The position numbers and the translations under genes were made by a program. Of a DNA stretch of 64,000 nucleotides, positions 61,201 through 64,000 are shown in pieces. Where the stretch lies: assembly GCA_044226015.1 (NCBI GenBank), contig JBGAHS010000008.1, forward strand, positions 128,001 through 192,000, read 5' to 3'. Each line of letters starts with the position of its first letter. Position 1 is the first letter of the stretch. This DNA is from Candidatus Obscuribacteraceae bacterium (GTDB taxonomy: Bacteria > Cyanobacteriota > Vampirovibrionia > Obscuribacterales > Obscuribacteraceae). The notes under the pieces are model-generated. The model was not told the origin of the DNA. It did not search any database and saw only the letters and a list, made by a program, of their open reading frames with translations.

Positions 61201-64000
61201 ATGGCGGTGGCGCAGTTGTTCTCAAAGCCAACAACGTCGCTTCGACCACGTCTACGATTCGCGTGACCAATGGCATCACCACTACAGGTGGCACCGGAGC
61301 GGCTGGCGCAGTCACGGTAGCAGTCAAGAACACCGCAAGCAACCTGATTGTGAACGCTAATACGTCTTTCATAGGCGCAAACATAATCGGCGGCATAACC
61401 AGCACTGGTGCTAGCGGAAACGCCGTCCAAGTTTCGAACTCTGGCGGAAACGTCGAATTTGACCAGGCCGGTAATGCAATAAATGCAACCGGTGCGATAT
61501 CTGTCGTAGCAGCTAACTCGATAATTGGTCACGGCATAGGATTTGGCACACTCAAGTCCGCCACTGGAGTTACACTCAACGCAGGCAATAGCGCGGGCAG
61601 CAATGCAGGAGATGCGATATCCACAAACACGGCATCGCTTACAGCTAATGCAACGCTCGGCTCGGTATTCGTAGACAACACTAACGCTAGTGTGCTGTCG
61701 CTCAAAGCTTCAAAGGCCGGAACAAACTTCACAGTTAGAACCAACAATGGCATTCAAATAGATGGAGACACTGGTTCTTCAGGCAACGGAAATGTATTCC
61801 TCACAACCAGTGCTGGCGATATCACACGCAACCTCGTGACACCATATACGGTGAGCACAGGCAACGGCAATATCACCATCACCGCGCCAGCTGGTAGCGT
61901 AGGTACCGCATTCGGCGGCAACAATGATGTGGCTACGTCCACAGGCTCCAGTGGCTCACTCACATTCCAGGCTGCTAACAGCGTGTTTGTCACCGAGTCT
62001 GGCAGCTCGACAATCGTTGGAACAAATAACGCAAATGGACCAAGTGGCAACGGCTACAATGTGACCTTCGCGACTGGCAACATGACCCTTGCAACAGCCA
62101 TCACCGGCAAGTCTGTTGCTCTGGTTACGCAGGAAGCGAACAAACAGATAGTTATGGGAACAGGCGCTGGAACGATAACATCGACCACGAGCTCAGTACT
62201 GCTCACCACTAATGGTGGCGGAATTATCTCGACAGGTGGTGACCTGAACATCAGCGCAGCCACCAATGCTACCCTGGCACTCAACACATCGACTAACACG
62301 GTTGGCAGCATAGACCTGAGCGGCGTAGCTGGCAAGACCGTGAACATCGTAGCTCCAAGCGGCATCGACCTCAAGGGCGGCGGCAACACAGGGGCCAACA
62401 TCACCACTCTCGGCGGACTCGTACTTCTTCAAGCGGTTGGCGGCGGAGCGACCATCACGAACGTTGGTTCGATAACAACAACCAACACGGCAGGCACCGG
62501 CGGAACTGTGACTGTAAACGCCAACGGTTCTGTCAGCATCGGCGGCGCGATCACCGCTAAAGGCACAGGTGGTGCGGCTAGTGGTGGCGTGATCGCCCTG
62601 ACAGCCGGAGGCGCTAACGGACTCTTTGTCAACGGAGCAATCGACAACACAACTACAGGAACCGGGGTAGGTGGACTTGTCACAGTTACAGATAACTCGC
62701 CGTCAGCACTGACCGTCAATGGTTCGAGTGGTACCAGCCATGTAATTCGTGGCTCAATCACAACCAACGGCACAGTTAACGTAGCAGCAACTGGCGTTGT
62801 CCTCGCAGGTGCCAGTAATGCAATCAACTCTACAGGGGCTTCCTCCGGCATCGGAATCAACGCCAAGACAGGCAGCATCACAGCTGATGCTGCTGGCAAT
62901 GGCGGCTTGAACTCACCTGTAATCGTTCTTACAGGTCAAGCTGGCGTCGGTTCAGTTAGCGGCAATATTCCAATCACGATCACGACCACTGGCACTACAA
63001 GCTTCGGCTCTCTCGCTTCTGGCACGGCGGCAGAAACGTTCATCAGAACAACAAACGGCGGATTGTCAGTTGCAGCGCCAACAGTCGGTGCGGTGCTCGC
63101 TACCGGAATCAGCGGAGACGGTGACATAAAAGTGAACGTCGCAGCCGGCGGCACACTAACGGTCAACACTGGTGACCCGATTATCGCAACAGGTTCAGGA
63201 CGCAGCATCACATTAGGTGCTGACACAATCAACCTAGTCAGCGGTGTGCTCATCAACGCAGGTGCAAACGGCACAGTCAACATCGCTCCGACAACGGCAG
63301 GCAACGCTATCACCGTAGGTGGTGGCGCAGGCTATTTGACTACAACCAACCTGACTACGCAAATTCTGACCAAAGATTTGACAATCGGCAACTTGAGCAC
63401 CTACAACGGAGCCATCACTCTGGGTGCAGCCATTGACACATCATCAGGCGCTGCAGGTTCAGCAGTAGGCAGATACAACCTGTCGATACTCACGCAGAAA
63501 TCAATTGATACCAACACATTCTCAATCACGACTGGTGTCAACAGTATTACATTGAATGCGACCGGCAGCTCACAAGCTGTTGATGTTGACCAGGTAAGCA
63601 GTACCAGTGGTGCGATCAACATTCTAGGTAATGGCATCAACCTCAACCAATCTATTAATGCTACGACTGGAGGCAAAATCACAATTGCTTCGACCGGCGG
63701 CGCAATCACGGGCAACGCTCAAGCGATTGGAAGCGTTGGCAGCGGCGACATCATCATCGACAACAACGGTGGTTCAATTAGCAACATTGGCGCAGTAAGC
63801 GGCGCAGGATTCGTTCGTATCGGCACATCGAATGGAACTAGCAGCACCGCAACTGGCGTTAGCATCAGCACAATCGACAACACCAGCGGGACCGGCGCAG
63901 TCGTCGTTCTAACTGATGTAGGCGGCATCACGACTGGCAAGATTGACTCCAATGGTGCAGTCACAATCAAGGCTACAAACAACAGCAACAGCGGAGCTGT
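46215..64000 (+). CDS. Giant secreted haemagglutinin-like / beta-helix repeat exoprotein, >5900 aa, truncated by the window end (not in the ORF track)
   Basis: AGGAG RBS at 46203-46207; ATG 46215 gives MRIRRRRKIGSVKKSVVLFASSMILINSFMATQSAVA|QS; the same frame reads ...TIKATNNSNSGA at the window end and in every block I spot-checked; the track lists no stop-terminated ORF in this frame; G/S/T/N/A/I-rich. Confidence 0.93.
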   Translation, partial: MRIRRRRKIGSVKKSVVLFASSMILINSFMATQSAVAQSRPGSVPTNMSQATPIGGTTNPNPNTRPTNLDLSAMSGTITSANTSPVNILVGGAMNHGTVSGGTSLIINPGTAVTPAQYVAVFEAMRGNQTLLLNAQGAATGGSFRLNSNQVTTLSGLTVPSGVTGIATGYNANSPLQVAGNVNVLGSLYSLQNAPNMTSVLNMDNLYIGAGGLLSGRMPNGMDLPGVYSSAGMLLNVANSMVNQGVITTPGALNITTGGSITNQSVNNVQAVINAQNIVLNTGTGQIVNSGLIQAMDSLRVNTINPTTNLNIDNTKGILQALGSLNSVTGLFDNNGVITLREDGANLELANVNVSGGQLDAGGGINAFGKNIEIHTDSITGPLSSKGSVAHVSVTSGDLYLGDQILSGDPTYFNNAGNIVISSLTSVAGDLAIVASGSIITTGATTIQTTANNFSIFLGAGFNFTTGGGTNSPSFATNAPGDTTSTLTFDGTTNAGKSINSSGQILNLQTTGTGSITLASTGSTNIGGGTISSEKGDVTIIAGSGFTQTGGSIGTTSGNVTIASAAPVISNTSTVVNGLVTGLPTIGTKNSSAITVQTINSSGGGNVSIQSNAGALTLGGAVTTASGGTISIDTGSITSSGVNIGSASAGAITINPGAGSISSLGSITSAAAINVGSATATGITVGAVDNSAGTGNLTLLTKTGGVSAGALTSMGSIDVQATDGSSSGNISTGAVTNSASAAGTVKLSAASGSVTTSGDISAKGKVEAGDGNGTGLSVGNVSNSTGDIFLASNTGSLTAGTVNAATGSVDASNNSGAITLSDVTAGGAGKQISVTASGTTQVGNLTNLGGSVSVVNSNSGTSTTTGSITTTAAAGGSVLVQGGNSISTGAIDTHGTAGDGGLVLLDVSANPNADISVSGNINTSGTAKGGDLFLLANNVSSTTSEIRVDGSLNASGGTGKAGSVVVAEFNTSALNINSNTASPGANTIGPITATSSVASPDILISNNVGDVHFGGPAGNAIDAKGLVQVTAGGSITGSGTGKGVIKSATNVTLIAGTDAGSFASNAIETNTTSLNATATTGEIYVNNTNAGVLNVDGVVSAKDVYIKTNNGIQLNTNIAPTANGGVTLETAAGDISSPGNKSINTSTGVGDGGYIVLLGTNVDLGTGTLTSNGNGSNKNAGGIGIIAPGGNVTTGAISANATGSGNSDGIGITAKNVHIQGNLTATSASGAGGGITVGTVGSAGGSISIDGNIDATGGTSGSVTLTENSSSQFGFNAGITGTNVIQGTVSGGAITIRNDGTGTIFFADNSATAVTGTSITVTAGTAGVSTGAILGLGTGTAGTNKGALVATTGTISLTSYSNGTSSSFIGTLNSQLVVDQQSGGLVSFTAEGTSSNVFLTDINSGDVTLAASGSNFGNNLSYNKVNGGNITLGTVSSTNNGTISVSISGGVGGDIIQGGSGLLSSPSGSVILSTSNGNIGASGTGGIDIQAANIQANAAGTAKNVFIDANASTSGAVTITGPAAGSSATGSFNLTLVNDGNLTVPSGKTVNGASVDLSTFNGDIKLNGAVTASNGTLHVATGTAGGDIYIGAQLTDLAGGNVLLEAKAPASTIFVTQTLGTTILGTGGDIILKSGSGGLKSNGNDITFSAIGKLDGTGLGGDVNTTGTSTGGGVNFFGATGIDLGTTKIVTDGATGAAGNIALTNATVGTDIKTGGISAVGGTNSVGGNLTAISSGSIYIVGDISTNGNGSGNAGFISLQGTSPSGAIRVDGNLTATSTGGAAGSVSLSETSSAPFQFNVGGSGAANSIKGTISAGAVTIYNYGGDVVFKGANAPGAIAQSSSIQVQAGQLGTTGSITSDGTANSVLNSTGGIALSAVDGGTIGSSTNAVKVKTGSGQGVQLYSDSATGDMFVEDLGTGSTFLQVSNLGHDLTYTKTAGGDLVLGSDIDSDNNGTVSLSITGTGSIDNSVGPYTITAGAVVLSTQTGSVGSNTKVILTDVDKITASATGGSVYITDIGAAQIVGTNSAQNVYSVIESGGNLTLNSAITAGSIDLQVTGGNDLVMGTTAGTLTSTNTGVTISTSSGKIISAGGNLNVHANGLANINLAGGNIDMTGSTGAKVTVESVTDNVNLNSATVTTKGGDVLLNGGVTGSIVNVAGITTNNSTGDAGSITLNAGGNITVGPLSANATSAPGAGGAITIDTPGSLYVTGSISSATVGPAKTGGAINIGQGVSTQPTSIQIDGTISSTATSGGTAGAVNIKAADGSGITVNGSNGAHNIGAVTGNSVAIENIASVTLLGTTDAIIASTSASVKGTSIDTDAATHGAINAKSVTLTSTSGSIGSTAPISTEGSTSTTISAATFAKVTSQTATNVDLSVTSLGTNLNFVNSSGSNVNIASDITSSSNGDINIIVLGTGSITSTSNKNLSTSAAADADGGDITLTTSDGDINLGTGSLNASGTAGAGNNDSGFIVLTAGTNGAITTGSISANAVNAGNSQGISLAAKAIHTGALSANSDSGTAGDISALSDTTIQVDGNISSLSSGAKGMVTLTEDSASAFNFNTGSAAANSVQGSISAGDVSITNFGGDVNFTGGGASDAIAQSTSITVVAGVAGTVAGSITSDGTTHSLINSSGTIDLTAYKGGTIGSSTNAVNLATGAGDTVQLFTEGATGDMFVSDKGTGSPTNLVVTSLGKDLTYTKSSGTLNLGSNITSLNSGTVKISISAAGDIDNSGNKTITAGAFNLSTTNGTIGTSSNPILSDVDKISASAGGATGKVFINNTGAAQIVGTNGATGTYQLKQTTGDLTLNSSISAGDIDIQLLTSGNDFIMGSTAGTLSSNTTGVTITTTNGDVLSSGGSFKISATGSADINLGSGVIDLSATSGAQVNIASGLAGSINLHGSTIKTLGGLVSLQGGGSILNGAAITTSNNAGDAGAITLKSGANITVGALTADATSAAGAGGAVSIDATGTVHVTGAISSATVGPATTGGDIKIGNTLQPTGLQIDGTISSTESASGTAGSVNIKAAVGGGLTVNGTTGPDNIGAIQGNTVSIENTGAISLQGASESIKATSSASVKAASINTNAAGNGAIDALSVTLQTNSGDIGAAFAISTKNATSTTIDAASSASVTSLTATNVNLSVTNLGNNLTFVNSNGSNVNLASDITSNNNGNVSISVANLAGDISSTGNKNISTAASAIADGGDVMLSTHTGNINLGTGSINASGTASNFGSGTIQLLAGTTGAGNITTGNLTANASGTGTSTGIQLTGDIITVGSISATSGSGTAGNVDIVATEIHTGSITTTSSGAAGHVDLSSTSTIQVDGNITATGASSGYVSLAEQSATPFSFNSATTGTNTVSGTIAGGAVSITNTGGDISFGGNAASTVSQSTSIVVTAGKAGTAGSIDSSSTSDNSALISTGTIILNAKDGGAIGASNAVKVTTANNGVIEISTSGATGNAKVQDIGTGTTTKLQVTSLGNNLSFTKVNGGDLQIDSGITSGTTTGTIQLGVTGGAGSIKNPNNFTLTSSGATGAVVLSTADGNIGTLANPILVDTRNLSAAAGGAGTNVYVSSTGDTTVTGTNSAGGTYQLANAAGDLIIDTAISAGDVLLQTTTATKQIIMAASAGTIQSSSGAVTLQTNNGNVSSSGGNLTVLAANGANFVLGSGDVAFTSAGAKVSATATTGNVDLNGSDISTTGGNINLQATAGSISNGGAISSNNAAGDAGSITLNANSNITVGAVTASATSADGAGGAISIDALGAITIGGAVSSATIGVGKTGGDIKIGQSAMPTTGLQIDGAIASTASASGLAGAAQVKADRPLLTVNNGTGADHIGAIAGESVTLTNTGNISLEGGTNAITSGSSAVITGAAIDTNGAGNGAIQAPSVTLHSTSGDIGASFAISTKNATAVDIDAAGSAKVTSLTGTNVDLTVSKLGNNLTYLNNAGGTLTLASDISSLNNGNITITNTGGHIVSADKNIYSSVKSNAAGGNVNLIATGGKNINLGAGIIDVSGNGLGNNGSGGVYIEAKGGLVKTGTITANAVNAGLTAGIWIESDNVYTGSLTAKADAGASSTITIKAVTGIQVDGDINATATNPLNSGSISITENSSSTLNFNVATAAPNSIMGTIAGGAVTITNKGSGGVKFLGEGSTNAISQSNSITVTAGDNGAVSGSISSDGSNKSMLVSTGNIILVANSSGPGLGGSIGDSTNSIIIQTATGKNVTVETDFVNHGGDVFVEDRGTGTTNLFIGSSGLGGDLTYKKTAGGDLKLNTNIEGAGFASVTFSISGGTGSIDNSLDKIITANNKLDLSTSDGSIGTLAHPILSIAANLRASAGGTSSNAYVNNGADVTIYGSNGAGSNYQVVNSTGTLTIDGSITAGSVLLNNQINGAAIIMGSNAGTIQSTSGGVTLMANNAEINNTAGGNLTIDANTGASIQLGTGDIALGGTGKVSITAKGGNVDLNNSDIFTEGGLVLLDASPSASGSIVNVGIIQTNAGATTDGGSVTLKAGSSTSGNITTGTITASGGSSNGKGGAVSIDGGGTITIPSITSDGTGGNNGGAVSIGTNTAFTSLSMTGNISTRGESSGAGNTVTLKGSASGAISIPGAIDTRGGNTGFGGAGGDVTMNAGGTIFVGAITTDAYGAGVNGTSGKLTVGNSLAPSSFTAGSISTQAQTPDGLGVAKGGAVTITAAGVINVAGGIDSHSNIFLGSTGGAVTLTNTDNVSGTTTLGPIKSSGSSGGQISISGGLSISVTGSLDARATATAGPGTGGQVTIDNSSSAGGSISVSNNIYSKGSESGSGSKITLSGSSTGTISVFGSLDSQGGNSGTGGAGGDISINAGSTVFVGAIATDAYGAGAAGKAGSVTVGDIQTPSSFTTTAISTQARGVGGVNASGAVSITAGNIAIAGGIATNANSVAGTTGGAITVVNNAAGSTSIGLINTSAATGGTVSMTGGSSISATSDIDTHGTNGAGGGVTLDNSAVIDGTISVSGGINANGTNGGGAVVLKANNVASTTSTIRVTNGITTTGGTGAAGAVTVAVKNTASNLIVNANTSFIGANIIGGITSTGASGNAVQVSNSGGNVEFDQAGNAINATGAISVVAANSIIGHGIGFGTLKSATGVTLNAGNSAGSNAGDAISTNTASLTANATLGSVFVDNTNASVLSLKASKAGTNFTVRTNNGIQIDGDTGSSGNGNVFLTTSAGDITRNLVTPYTVSTGNGNITITAPAGSVGTAFGGNNDVATSTGSSGSLTFQAANSVFVTESGSSTIVGTNNANGPSGNGYNVTFATGNMTLATAITGKSVALVTQEANKQIVMGTGAGTITSTTSSVLLTTNGGGIISTGGDLNISAATNATLALNTSTNTVGSIDLSGVAGKTVNIVAPSGIDLKGGGNTGANITTLGGLVLLQAVGGGATITNVGSITTTNTAGTGGTVTVNANGSVSIGGAITAKGTGGAASGGVIALTAGGANGLFVNGAIDNTTTGTGVGGLVTVTDNSPSALTVNGSSGTSHVIRGSITTNGTVNVAATGVVLAGASNAINSTGASSGIGINAKTGSITADAAGNGGLNSPVIVLTGQAGVGSVSGNIPITITTTGTTSFGSLASGTAAETFIRTTNGGLSVAAPTVGAVLATGISGDGDIKVNVAAGGTLTVNTGDPIIATGSGRSITLGADTINLVSGVLINAGANGTVNIAPTTAGNAITVGGGAGYLTTTNLTTQILTKDLTIGNLSTYNGAITLGAAIDTSSGAAGSAVGRYNLSILTQKSIDTNTFSITTGVNSITLNATGSSQAVDVDQVSSTSGAINILGNGINLNQSINATTGGKITIASTGGAITGNAQAIGSVGSGDIIIDNNGGSISNIGAVSGAGFVRIGTSNGTSSTATGVSISTIDNTSGTGAVVVLTDVGGITTGKIDSNGAVTIKATNNSNSGA
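51500..59800 (+). repeat. ~2.3-kb (~760-790 aa) degenerate super-repeat, about 3.5 copies, inside the giant gene
   Basis: Markers AIAQSSSIQV (51723), AIAQSTSITV (54009), TVSQSTSIVV (56361), AISQSNSITV (58662); QIDG(T/A)I(S/A)ST at ~52935, 55221, 57591; boundaries approximate. Confidence 0.85.
59900..60950 (+). repeat. ~212-aa tandem duplication inside the giant gene
   Basis: GGAGGD..(M/I)NAG.T(I/V)FVGAI.TDAYGAG...PSSFT...ISTQA occurs twice; DAYGAG at ~60120 and ~60756 (636 bp apart). Confidence 0.8.

Noticed and set aside
46341..63988. Dozens of short minus-strand ORFs (P/L/V/M-rich) and the + ORF 47419..47874
   Set aside because: Antisense or off-frame shadows of the giant + strand gene; poly-Pro runs mirror its Gly codons

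Overview
Bacterial cell-envelope region. From left to right: a carbamoyl-phosphate synthase large subunit (carB) with a degenerate-looking allosteric domain and no carA in the window; a YfhO-like GT-C glycosyltransferase; a Sel1-like-repeat gene overlapping the 3' end of a 2812-aa haemagglutinin-like exoprotein gene (- strand); a ~28 kb glycan-modification cluster; and a giant gene missing from the supplied ORF track. The cluster holds two more YfhO-like GT-Cs, three ArnT/PMT-like GT-Cs, wzm/wzt, two polyprenol-phosphate GT2s, WbqC, RffA/WecE, two OafA-type acyltransferases, a sulfotransferase with cysD/cysNC and TauE, and a sugar nucleotidyltransferase. The giant gene starts at ATG 46215 (+), stays open to the window end (>5900 codons) and contains ~770-aa super-repeats. 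The two giant proteins share a signal-peptide motif and an N-terminal module ending in a 'GDP' motif, and they bracket the cluster, pointing outward. Best candidate for an undescribed system (inference): a lipid-carrier/GT-C pathway that adds sulfated, acylated and amino-acylated sugars to giant Ser/Thr/Gly-rich surface proteins or to an associated surface glycan. The protein style reminds me of Melainabacteria/Obscuribacterales, but that is an unverified impression. I recognised no rRNA, tRNA, CRISPR array or transposase. All alignments were done by eye.
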